From Promethearchaeota archaeon (GTDB lineage Archaea > Asgardarchaeota > Lokiarchaeia > Sigyniarchaeales > SOKP01), in the NCBI GenBank assembly GCA_030599585.1, contig JAUVNS010000003.1:256001-320000 (forward strand): a stretch of 64,000 bases of DNA, read 5' to 3'. Below, piece by piece: positions 10,111 to 19,239 of this stretch. Numbering within the stretch: the stretch's first letter is position 1; every line of letters starts with the position of its first letter. Under the pieces are notes generated by a model that ran no database searches, was not told the DNA's origin, and saw nothing but the letters and a program-made list of their open reading frames with translations. Both the position numbers and the translations under genes were made by a program.

Positions 10111-10118
10111 CTCACCTT
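10111..10118 (-). promoter_or_regulatory. Shine-Dalgarno site (AAGGTGAG) for the longin-GTPase gene
   Basis: Archaeal-type GGTGA SD 5 nt upstream of the in-frame ATT at 10105. Confidence 0.65.
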
Positions 10119-10151
10119 ACAATAGATTGTCTTATATTTTAAATTCTTAAT

Positions 10152-10646
10152 TTATTGCATTGCTATGAATTTTACCAAATCTTTTATTATTTTATATTTT
10201 TTATCGCTACCTGTCTTTTCTTTGAAGGTATCTTCAATTTTTTTAATTTCTTTTGAAAAATCGAATAATGAAAACTCAGTAATTTCTCGTTCTTTATACT
10301 TCTTGTTTAATTTCTTCAAGAACACAGATATGGAGGGCATATACTTAGCTAAATTCATATTTAAACCTAACTTGGAGATCAAAATTAATTCATCACTAAA
10401 TGTAAACAAGTAATTATACTCTTGAGCTTCTAATGCAAATGAATTTATCTTACTTAGTTTTAGTTCATTCGCAATGTCTTTAGAGTTAGAGATAAGTGAG
10501 AGAATCTTGTGGGGGATAACTTTTCCTTTAAAAAACTCTTTTATGTTTGAGGCTAATACAATCCCATATATATTCGCTATTGCGCATTCAGAATTTAGCT
10601 CTGTTTTCAGCTGTGAGATGATTTCATCGTAGTTAATTTGTTTCAT
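10152..10646 (-). CDS. Roadblock/LC7 (MglB-like) domain protein
   Basis: Helix, then ECAIANIYGIVLAS hairpin, helix, three beta strands, helix; lies directly upstream of and co-oriented with the GTPase fusion. Confidence 0.7.
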   Translation of the reverse strand: MKQINYDEIISQLKTELNSECAIANIYGIVLASNIKEFFKGKVIPHKILSLISNSKDIANELKLSKINSFALEAQEYNYLFTFSDELILISKLGLNMNLAKYMPSISVFLKKLNKKYKEREITEFSLFDFSKEIKKIEDTFKEKTGSDKKYKIIKDLVKFIAMQ

Positions 10647-10757
10647 AATTCGATATTTAAAATTTCTGAGTAATTAATAAAGTCGAATTTATTTATATTT
10701 AATTAAATCAATATCTCAAGATTTAAGATCTGGTAATGGATATAATTTAACATAACA

Positions 10758-11546
10758 TTGAAAATATATAAACACCATTTTTTAGAACAAGAATCTGATG
10801 TTACTATAATCTCTGAATCAAAAATTGCTATAAGAGAAGCAAAAAAAAGTCTTGTAAATAATCGTATAATCTTAGAAAAATACCTAAAAAAAAATAATAA
10901 GTTTCTCACATCTTTTTTGCCAATAAGGATAACCACCGAGTTTGAAATTATCAATTTAATGAGTGAAGCCTCAGTATTATGTGATGTTGGACCTATGGCT
11001 GCTGTAGCGGGTGCGTTTGCTGATATTATGTTAAATAAGATGAAATTGGACGATGATCCCGAATATCTTTCTGCAAAGATTGCGTTAGTTGAAAATGGAG
11101 GAGAAATTGCAGTTGACTCTGAGGAAGATATGAAAATCGCCTTATTTGCAGGGTACAACGAGTTAAACTTAAATATTGGTTTTTTAATTGAAAAAAAAAC
11201 CGGGCTTCTTGGAATTGGAACGAGTTCTGCAACCATAGGGCACGCTATTAGTTTAGGTCAAGCAGATGCCGTAACCATATTTGCCAGGGATGCAACTTTA
11301 GCCGATGCTGCTGCTACAAGAATAGCAAATTTAGTTAAAGGGGTTGATGTTGAGAAATCCATAAAAAACGCGTTAGATGCTGTAGAAGATATAGAAGGTG
11401 TTTATGGGGCTTTAATATCTCGAGAGAATAAAGTTGGTCAGGTAGGAAAATTACCAAAGTTTTTTAAAATTGAAGGAAATAAAAATCTCGTGTTAAAAGA
11501 TAAATTTGATGGCGTATTCCCTGGAAAATACGACATTCTTAAATAA
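10758..11546 (+). CDS. UPF0280 / ApbE-like family protein
   Basis: VGPMAAVAGA, VENGGEIA, GIGTSSATIGHAISLGQADAVT, ADAAAT motifs. Confidence 0.9.
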   Translation: MKIYKHHFLEQESDVTIISESKIAIREAKKSLVNNRIILEKYLKKNNKFLTSFLPIRITTEFEIINLMSEASVLCDVGPMAAVAGAFADIMLNKMKLDDDPEYLSAKIALVENGGEIAVDSEEDMKIALFAGYNELNLNIGFLIEKKTGLLGIGTSSATIGHAISLGQADAVTIFARDATLADAAATRIANLVKGVDVEKSIKNALDAVEDIEGVYGALISRENKVGQVGKLPKFFKIEGNKNLVLKDKFDGVFPGKYDILK

Positions 11547-13842
11547 CCCAATAATATGGAAGACTTTCACCGTTTTCTTTTTTAACTGAGAAAATCCTGT
11601 TTAAGTAATTTAATCTGTAATAGCTTTCGTATTGTTCTTCAGTTAGTTCCCCGAAGAATTCCATTTCACCGGTTGTTAAATAATTTTTAGTTAAAAGGAT
11701 GAACACATCCATATTTTTGTGTTCTTTCAACTCCTGTAAAATATTCGTTCCATTATCGTAGAAATGATTATCAGGTACAATTAAGATATTATTGAAGGTG
11801 ATAAAGTCCTGAGTTGTCGCGATAGGAAGAGAACTGTTTTTCTCTTCGTATGGATAATCAAAATAGAGAAAGACGGGATTCCACCCAAATTCTAATACTA
11901 ACAAATTTCTATCTTCAGAGTTTTGTAAATACCATTGCACTGCGGTTAATTCGTTGCTATTAATACTAAAAAAGTCTATAGATGAGAAAAGCTCTAAATA
12001 TGAAGCTGTAGCAGAAAAACTCACAAAGAAAAGAAAAAATAGTTTAATTTGTAATTTTTTAATCTTCCCTGTTTTTATCAATTTATACACATACGAAAGA
12101 AACCCAATTGCGATAATGGGTGAGGCAATGTAAAACAATCTTGAGATGAAACTTAATGAGCCTCGAAGCACATCAGAAAGAAGACCTGCTAAAATTATAA
12201 TGACAAAAGACAATAACCATAAGAATAACGGTTTTCCTTTGGCTTTATTTTGAAATATTACGAGTCCCCATATTGCAAATATGATTATGATAATGACTTC
12301 GAATCCTACAAAAATGGTAATTAAATTTAGGTTCAACCATAATAGGTTAGCAATAAAAAATCCCACAGTAAAGACTAAAGTCACTACGAAAACTAAGGGG
12401 ATAAAATACTTCTCAATTATTGTATAAACTTTTAATTTTTTTCCTATTAAAATTAAATTAAAACGTCCTTTTTCAAACTTGATTTGAGCTCTTAAGAAGA
12501 AGATTAAAATTCCTCCTATAATTGTAATCGAAATCCCCCCTAATAACAGGTAAATCCCGGGTAAAGTGAAAACGGAGTTGAATACTCTCAGATGCCCAGT
12601 ACTTATGTTCGATATGAATAAAATTAGAAAAACAACGAAGAGTATAACACATAGCATAAAATCGAAACCACGTTTAAAGTCTCTAACTAAGTATATAAGG
12701 TAAATCCAAGTAAAAGAGACAAGAAATATTAATGCTATTAGAGAGTGGGAGAGATATAGCGCAATAAAAACTATAGAGACATATAGGTAAGTGAAAGGTA
12801 AATTAGATAAAATGCTTTTCCAAGAAGGTCTCTCTACTTTAATAAAATTTCTTAGTCTAACATATAACAGAAAAAAAATTGTTAATCCTTGAATAAACAC
12901 TATACTGGAAGGCCAATATTGAAATGTTAAATTAATGAAACCTAATGTAGTGATTAACAAGATGAAAATGCCAAATATCGCTAGAGATTTATTTGAAAAT
13001 ACTCTCATTATGATGTTATACACGATTAGAGATGTTAAAGGGATAGTAAACAATACAAAGCTATTAGGGATCAATAATAACTCTATACCTGAAAATAGAT
13101 GAAACACCGCACCAATTATATGAAAACCCATTGCTCCGAAATATTCGTTAAGTGGTAAAGAATTAGCATTTACTATTATTCTAATAATTAAAATATGGTA
13201 CCAAGGATCAGTTCCACCAAAAATTTCTACATTAGCAAGTAAAGCTGTGATAAGCAAAACTGCAAAGATAATTAGCAATATTCCGTTTAAGGAGAGTTTA
13301 TTTTTGATGTATTTAAAAACCTGAAAATCTTTATAGCTATCTAATGAATAGTTTTTCTTAGATATTGACGAATTAGGATTATCGATCTTGCTATTCTTAT
13401 TCAATATTACGCTTATGATCAATAGACCGAAATAGAAGCTAATTAATAGTGAAAAAAAGTAATCTATATTGAGAGCAAACCCTACACTATTTCCAAAATA
13501 TCCTGTAATAATGTAAAAACTCAAATTGATAACTATAGTTAAACAAATCTTCTCTAATGTATTAAATTTGATACTTTTATAGATTGTAAAGAAAATGGGA
13601 TACGATGGTAAAAATAAAATAATGAAAATTGAAGAAATCATAAAACAAAAGCCAAAAAATGAACCAAATAATATATTACCTTCAAAATTAAGAAGAATTT
13701 CAATTCCTATTAACTTTAATAATAAAAAGACTACAGAAATAAGTGATACGGCAAATAGATAGCAATTAAAGTGCTTACGTACGTGTAGAAGTGATTTTAT
13801 CAATCCCAACTTAAAATTGTACATAATCAAGAAGTTAATCAT
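11539..13842 (-). CDS. Large polytopic membrane protein, putative GT-C-fold glycosyltransferase
   Basis: Many TM helices; GGTDPWYH motif in an external loop after a TM helix; soluble C-terminal domain; lies at the edge of the glycan locus. Confidence 0.65.
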   Translation of the reverse strand: MINFLIMYNFKLGLIKSLLHVRKHFNCYLFAVSLISVVFLLLKLIGIEILLNFEGNILFGSFFGFCFMISSIFIILFLPSYPIFFTIYKSIKFNTLEKICLTIVINLSFYIITGYFGNSVGFALNIDYFFSLLISFYFGLLIISVILNKNSKIDNPNSSISKKNYSLDSYKDFQVFKYIKNKLSLNGILLIIFAVLLITALLANVEIFGGTDPWYHILIIRIIVNANSLPLNEYFGAMGFHIIGAVFHLFSGIELLLIPNSFVLFTIPLTSLIVYNIIMRVFSNKSLAIFGIFILLITTLGFINLTFQYWPSSIVFIQGLTIFFLLYVRLRNFIKVERPSWKSILSNLPFTYLYVSIVFIALYLSHSLIALIFLVSFTWIYLIYLVRDFKRGFDFMLCVILFVVFLILFISNISTGHLRVFNSVFTLPGIYLLLGGISITIIGGILIFFLRAQIKFEKGRFNLILIGKKLKVYTIIEKYFIPLVFVVTLVFTVGFFIANLLWLNLNLITIFVGFEVIIIIIFAIWGLVIFQNKAKGKPLFLWLLSFVIIILAGLLSDVLRGSLSFISRLFYIASPIIAIGFLSYVYKLIKTGKIKKLQIKLFFLFFVSFSATASYLELFSSIDFFSINSNELTAVQWYLQNSEDRNLLVLEFGWNPVFLYFDYPYEEKNSSLPIATTQDFITFNNILIVPDNHFYDNGTNILQELKEHKNMDVFILLTKNYLTTGEMEFFGELTEEQYESYYRLNYLNRIFSVKKENGESLPYYWVI

Positions 13843-13939
13843 TTACCATTAAACATAAGGTTTGGTTTTTGCTCTACTTGAACTTAAAAAAAAAAGTCAA
13901 ATAAGAAAAATTCTTATTAAGACTATTTTTAACAATACT

Positions 13940-14905
13940 ATGATTAAAAATAAATGTATACTGATAACTGGAGCGGCGGGCTTTATAGGTTCATCTTTAA
14001 CGGAAAGGCTCTTGAAACACGACAATCTACTTATCTTGTTAGATAATTTTAACGATTATTATCCCGGTAAAGAGAAACAATTAAACGAGATTTTGAGCGA
14101 GTACTCACAAAATAAGGATTATCGGTTAATCAAAGGGGATTTAGTTAACCCTTCAACTCTAACTAACATTAAAGACGAAATCGATTATGTATTTCATTTA
14201 GCTGCTCAAGCAGGTGTGAGATATTCTATCAACAATTCGTCAGCAGTAACATATAACAATATAGTAAGCACTGTTAATGTTTTTGAATATTCAATTAAAA
14301 TTCCATCAATACAAAAGGTAATATATGCATCATCTTCTTCAGTATACGGTAACCCCGTATATTCTCCCGTCGACGAGGAGCATCCAAAAAGTCCTATATC
14401 ACCATACGCAGTTACTAAATTATGTGGGGAAATTTATGCTGATTTGTATTATAAGGAATACAATCTTCCTATTACTTCATTAAGGTTTTACACTGTATAT
14501 GGCCCACGGGGGCGCCCTGATATGGCAATAAGAAAGTTCTTTAATTTAATGCGTCAGAATAAGGAAATACTGATTTATGGTAATGGGACTCAGAAAAGAG
14601 ATTTTACTTACATTTCTGACATAATTAATGGTTTAATCCTCGCAGGAGAGAAAGACAGCGCAAAGGGAGAAGTATTCAATTTAGGGCGTTCTTCTCCAAT
14701 CGAGGTTAATAAACTTGTCGAAAAAATGTATATCATAGCAAAAGTTCAGAAAAAAATAAGATACGTTGAAAAACAAAAAGGAGATGTTGAACTTACACAT
14801 TCTGATATAACCAAAGCTAGGAAATTATTGGGATTTTCGCCAAAAGTAAATATCGATGATGGACTAAAAAATCAACACAAATGGCAAATCTCAAATGGAT
14901 TGTAA
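13940..14905 (+). CDS. NAD-dependent nucleotide-sugar epimerase (UDP-glucuronate 4-epimerase-like extended SDR)
   Basis: GAAGFIG, HLAAQAGVRYS, ASSSSVYG, YAVTK, RFYTVYGPRGRPDMA; ATG at 13940 preferred over the track start at 13862. Confidence 0.9.
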   Translation: MIKNKCILITGAAGFIGSSLTERLLKHDNLLILLDNFNDYYPGKEKQLNEILSEYSQNKDYRLIKGDLVNPSTLTNIKDEIDYVFHLAAQAGVRYSINNSSAVTYNNIVSTVNVFEYSIKIPSIQKVIYASSSSVYGNPVYSPVDEEHPKSPISPYAVTKLCGEIYADLYYKEYNLPITSLRFYTVYGPRGRPDMAIRKFFNLMRQNKEILIYGNGTQKRDFTYISDIINGLILAGEKDSAKGEVFNLGRSSPIEVNKLVEKMYIIAKVQKKIRYVEKQKGDVELTHSDITKARKLLGFSPKVNIDDGLKNQHKWQISNGL

Positions 14906-15036
14906 TTTATTTATAAAACCATCCTTAAATATAGTATTTTAATTGAATTAAGTTTATATTTTATCTCATTAATATTGATTATAGCTTAGATGTAGAAAAA
15001 ACCATAAATCATATTTTAAAATGTAAGGAGCCATTT

Positions 15037-16008
15037 TTGAAAGCTTTAGAATCTAAAAATCATACGCCATCTTTAATAAAAACTTTCGAAGACTCTAGTC
15101 TGATCGATGACCCATTTCTCAATTTGTATGAATTTATTAACCAGTTTAAACCCAAAAATGACCAGATTTTAATATCAATCATTTTACCGATGTATAACGA
15201 GGAACATACAATTGGGAAGGTTTTAGGAAACTTGCCAAGAGGAAATTCAATAGAGATAATTGTAGTTGATGATCACTCTAAAGACAACAGTTTAAAAGAA
15301 ATTGAAAGGATTAACAAAAACAATGAAATTAAAGTGATTAAACACAACAAAAACCGCGGATACGGGGCTGCTATTGTTACAGGAATAAACAACGCGCGGG
15401 GTGATATACTAGTAACTATGGATTCTGATGGACAGCACAGCCCCTACGATCTCTTAGCAATGATTAAACCAATTTTAACCGACGAAGCTGACTACACAAT
15501 TGGTTCACGATATTTAGGATCCTATTTCTATAAACTCCCTGTGTCAACAAGGTTAGGTGAATTACTCATAGAAAAACTGATCCAGATATTCTTTGGTAAA
15601 AAAATAATGAATAATCAAAATGGTTTTAGAGCTTTCAATAGGAAGGTTATATCTATTTTTAAAGATTTCAAATACGAAGGATATGCCTTTTGTACTGAAC
15701 AGATAATCAAAGCTACGATTAAAGGCTTTAGAATTAAGGAATGCCCTATCAAAGTCTACGATCGAAAATATGGAAAATCGAATATCATACTAACTAAATT
15801 AACTATGAACCTCTTCTCTTGCATCCTTCAATATATTCTAGTTAGATTGAATATAACAATTTTCAAAAGATTAAGCACGGGACAGATTCAGATTTACAAA
15901 AAAGCTGTTAAAGGGCCGAAAATTTTCTCCTACGCGCGATATACCAGAGATATAAATACTGTTAACCCTGTGTTCTTTATTGAACGCAATATCAAACCTG
16001 TGTCATAA
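15037..16008 (+). CDS. GT2 glycosyltransferase, DPM1/polyprenol-phosphate sugar synthase-like
   Basis: IILPMYNEE, VVDDHSKD, NRGYGAA, MDSDGQH, IGSRY, GFRAF. Confidence 0.9.
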   Translation: MKALESKNHTPSLIKTFEDSSLIDDPFLNLYEFINQFKPKNDQILISIILPMYNEEHTIGKVLGNLPRGNSIEIIVVDDHSKDNSLKEIERINKNNEIKVIKHNKNRGYGAAIVTGINNARGDILVTMDSDGQHSPYDLLAMIKPILTDEADYTIGSRYLGSYFYKLPVSTRLGELLIEKLIQIFFGKKIMNNQNGFRAFNRKVISIFKDFKYEGYAFCTEQIIKATIKGFRIKECPIKVYDRKYGKSNIILTKLTMNLFSCILQYILVRLNITIFKRLSTGQIQIYKKAVKGPKIFSYARYTRDINTVNPVFFIERNIKPVS

Positions 16009-16290
16009 TTTAAGTAAAAATATTCTTTCTTTTCAATATTTATCTAGCAGGACTAAATCTTTTAAATTCAATTTTGATTCATTAATCTGATTAAAAAATT
16101 ACCCTAAATAATATGTTATCAATGAGAAGTTCCCTCCAAATTTCATTAATGGTTGGGAATAATACGAACTTACAGAATTCCTAAGCGAAAATGATATAAT
16201 TAAATTTAAATTGTATTACGCTCTTTTCTTATTAACTCATTTGTAGTATTTTCTGTTATTACTTAATCAAAACGCTCTTAAGGTTTTAAT

Positions 16291-17157
16291 TTGAAGCTGT
16301 TAAATCGCGTGAATTCTAAAAAAGCTACATTCAATAGTATTAGACCTATCTCTTCTAGAAATGCTTCAGATTTTCATGAGATGTATGAGTATTTAAATAA
16401 ACACCAAAATGCTAGAAAATCCGTTTTGTTATCCATTATATTACCTTTATATAACGAAGAAAAAACTATTCGGTCAATACTGGAGGATCTCCCTTGGGAT
16501 AAAAGTATTGAGATCATAATTATAGACGATCATTCTTCTGATAATAGCTTAAACGAAATCAGAAAAGTAGATGGATACCATAAGTTTAAAATAATCCGAC
16601 ATCTCACAAATAGAGGGTACGGCAACGCTATTATTACGGGAATGCGATATGCAACAGGGGACGTTATCGTAAGCATGGATACTGATGGACAACACAGCCC
16701 TGCTGATATATTTAATCTAATTAAACCAATTTTTGACGGAGAAGCAGATTATACGATTGGTTCACGGTATTTAGGCACTTATCATTACCGTTTACCAATA
16801 GCTACGAGACTAGGAGAAGTTTTAATCGAGAAATTTATTCAATTTTTCTTTGGAATTAAAATTATGAATAACCAAAACGGGTTTCGCGCGTTTGATAAGA
16901 AACTCATCCCACTCTTTAGTAAAGCAAAATTCCTAGGGTATGCATTTTGTACTGAACAAATTCTACAGGCAAAATTATCAGAACTTCGAATTCTTGAATG
17001 TCCTATTAAACTCTTTAACCGTGAGTATGGATATTCGAAAATTATATTAAGGAAACTAACGCTTAATATATTCGCTTGTTTACTTATTTATTATCTTAAA
17101 AAATTTCATCTAAATTTACTGAAAAAAAGGAAGACCATAAAGGGATTTCTTTGGTAA
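16291..17157 (+). CDS. GT2 glycosyltransferase, DPM1-like; tandem paralogue of 15037..16008
   Basis: Same motifs; shares EADYTIGSRYLG, TRLGE, KIMNNQNGFRAF and GYAFCTEQI with its neighbour. Confidence 0.9.
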   Translation: MKLLNRVNSKKATFNSIRPISSRNASDFHEMYEYLNKHQNARKSVLLSIILPLYNEEKTIRSILEDLPWDKSIEIIIIDDHSSDNSLNEIRKVDGYHKFKIIRHLTNRGYGNAIITGMRYATGDVIVSMDTDGQHSPADIFNLIKPIFDGEADYTIGSRYLGTYHYRLPIATRLGEVLIEKFIQFFFGIKIMNNQNGFRAFDKKLIPLFSKAKFLGYAFCTEQILQAKLSELRILECPIKLFNREYGYSKIILRKLTLNIFACLLIYYLKKFHLNLLKKRKTIKGFLW

Positions 17158-17228
17158 CGATTATGAGAGAATTTAGAATGGTTGAAAAGACATAATAAAA
17201 TTATATATAATAAACCCTTTAAGATAAT

Positions 17229-18299
17229 ATGAAGAAAATTGTAACTTGTATCGGAATTAGACCAGATATTATTCGTCTTTCCCAAATTATAAAGAAATTA
17301 GATAAACATTTTAATAACATCATAGTTGACAGCGGTCAACATTACGATTATAACTTGAACAAGATTTTTTACGAGCAGTTAGATGTCCGTCCTTCCGATT
17401 TCAACCTTGATATAAAAAGCGGAACCCACGCTTCACAAGTAGCTAAGTTAATGATCGAATTTGAAAAAGTCTTGATTAAAGAAGCTCCCGTCTTTGTTGT
17501 GGTTTTAGGTGATAATAACAGTAGCTTAGGATTTGCATTAGCAACATCAAAATTAAATATCCCTCTGATCCACATAGAAGCTGGAATGCGGAGTAAGAAT
17601 TGGATAATGCCTGAAGAAAAGAACAGAATAGTAATCGATCATTTAGCAGATATGAACATCTGTTATTTACCTGAACACAAAGAAAATTTGATAAGAGAGG
17701 GAATTAATCCTCGGAGGTGTTGGGTCGTTGGCAATCCAATAATTGAGGTCGTTCACGCTGTGCAACCAACATTTCACCAAGACGACGCTTTTTATTTGGT
17801 CACATGCCATCGAGCGGAAAATTTAGAGATAAAAGAAAATTTAAACAAGGTTCTAACATTCCTAGGGAAACTCTATCAAAAAAAGAACATTGAGATTAAA
17901 TTTATACTAATGCCTAAAGCTAAGAACATGATGGAAAAATATGGGTTTGAATTTCCTGAAGGCATCATACCTATTCCTCCTCAAGGATTTCTAGAATTTT
18001 TAGGAATGGAAAAAGAAGCCAAGCTCGTCTTAACTGATAGCGGAACCGTCGTAGAAGAATGTGCTATTTTTGGTACTCCTTGTATTACGATTAGAGAAAG
18101 TACTGAAAGAATAGACTTAATTGAACTTGGAGTGAATTCGCTTAGTGGTATGGATGTTGATCAAATGCTTGATACAACAGAGATGGCGTTATCACACAAG
18201 ATTGAGCCAGTAACTCATTATGGAAATAATATTTCTGATAAAATTTGTAATATTCTTATTGGAAATTCATTGAATTTCTCAAAAAATTCTAGTAGGTAA
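17229..18299 (+). CDS. wecB: UDP-N-acetylhexosamine 2-epimerase, non-hydrolysing (WecB/FnlC-WbjD-like)
   Basis: GIRPDIIRL, SGQHYD, VLGDNNS, HIEAGMRS, PEEKNR, HRAEN, TDSGTVVEE, RESTER. Confidence 0.9.
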   Translation: MKKIVTCIGIRPDIIRLSQIIKKLDKHFNNIIVDSGQHYDYNLNKIFYEQLDVRPSDFNLDIKSGTHASQVAKLMIEFEKVLIKEAPVFVVVLGDNNSSLGFALATSKLNIPLIHIEAGMRSKNWIMPEEKNRIVIDHLADMNICYLPEHKENLIREGINPRRCWVVGNPIIEVVHAVQPTFHQDDAFYLVTCHRAENLEIKENLNKVLTFLGKLYQKKNIEIKFILMPKAKNMMEKYGFEFPEGIIPIPPQGFLEFLGMEKEAKLVLTDSGTVVEECAIFGTPCITIRESTERIDLIELGVNSLSGMDVDQMLDTTEMALSHKIEPVTHYGNNISDKICNILIGNSLNFSKNSSR

Positions 18300-18318
18300 A
18301 GTGTAAGTAAAAAAATCG

Positions 18319-19224
18319 TTATTTATTCATACGATTATCATTATATTCCTTTAATTCGCCAATTGCTACTTTCATTTCTTTGTTTTCATAGAATCTTTCT
18401 AAAATGTTATACTTTGAGGTTAAAGTGCGGTCCACTTTTTCATCTGGTTTATTGATTTGATTTATTACTAACTCTTTCTTAAAAATCTCATTGAAAATAT
18501 TCATTAACTCATATTTGTTTACTATGGTATTTGGTGTAAAATGATGAACATACGATTTCTCGAGTAGCTCATCGTAACCATTAGACACAATTATTTTTTC
18601 ACAAAGTTGAGCAAATTGAAGCGTAGTTACTCCGTTCCATAAATGATGTTCATATCCTCCAATTGTACCACCTTGAGGCTGGCTAAAAAACCATTCTAGT
18701 AAAAATGATTTCTGATCCTTTGCTTCGGGGCCAATAATCGAGCATCTAATTATTAACGCCGTTCCATCAAAAACTTCTCCTAAACTTTTTGACTTTCCAT
18801 ACACATCTAAGGGATCGTGGGGACTGTCTTCGTTATACAACCCTCCTTTACCAGAATATACACAATCAGTACCAATTTGTATTACTTTAATATCGTATTT
18901 ACTAGCATATTCAGCTAGTTGCCAAGGAAATTTTGAATTTATTGCGATTGCTCGTTTAACTCCTTCAGGATCGTTATCTTTTGAAAAAGGTTTTGTGATA
19001 CCGATACAATTAATGATGTAATCGATTTTCAAGTCGATGAAGTCTTTTTCTTCTAATTGCTCAAAAGTAAAAGCATCAAAGAGTAGATCATTCTCTTGTA
19101 AGTAATCCGTTTTTCTAACAGTTCCATAAATGTTTAAATTAGTAAAATTAGAAAAATAATGATAAACCATTGAACCCAGCATCCCACTTTTACCAAGAAT
19201 TAATACATTAGTCACTTTTAACAC
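18319..19224 (-). CDS. RmlD-like NDP-4-keto-6-deoxyhexose reductase (SDR)
   Basis: ILGKSGMLG, INCIG, IGTDCVYSG, YGKSK, RCSIIG. Confidence 0.85.
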   Translation of the reverse strand: MLKVTNVLILGKSGMLGSMVYHYFSNFTNLNIYGTVRKTDYLQENDLLFDAFTFEQLEEKDFIDLKIDYIINCIGITKPFSKDNDPEGVKRAIAINSKFPWQLAEYASKYDIKVIQIGTDCVYSGKGGLYNEDSPHDPLDVYGKSKSLGEVFDGTALIIRCSIIGPEAKDQKSFLLEWFFSQPQGGTIGGYEHHLWNGVTTLQFAQLCEKIIVSNGYDELLEKSYVHHFTPNTIVNKYELMNIFNEIFKKELVINQINKPDEKVDRTLTSKYNILERFYENKEMKVAIGELKEYNDNRMNK

Positions 19225-19239
19225 CCTTTTCCTTGATAG

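Noticed and set aside
10703-11236. 177-aa minus-strand ORF, and other short nested ORFs throughout the track
   Set aside because: Lie antisense to or within well-supported genes and carry no recognisable motifs
11539-13842. Calling this gene aglB
   Set aside because: No WWDxG or DK/MI motif; only the first-loop motif is similar
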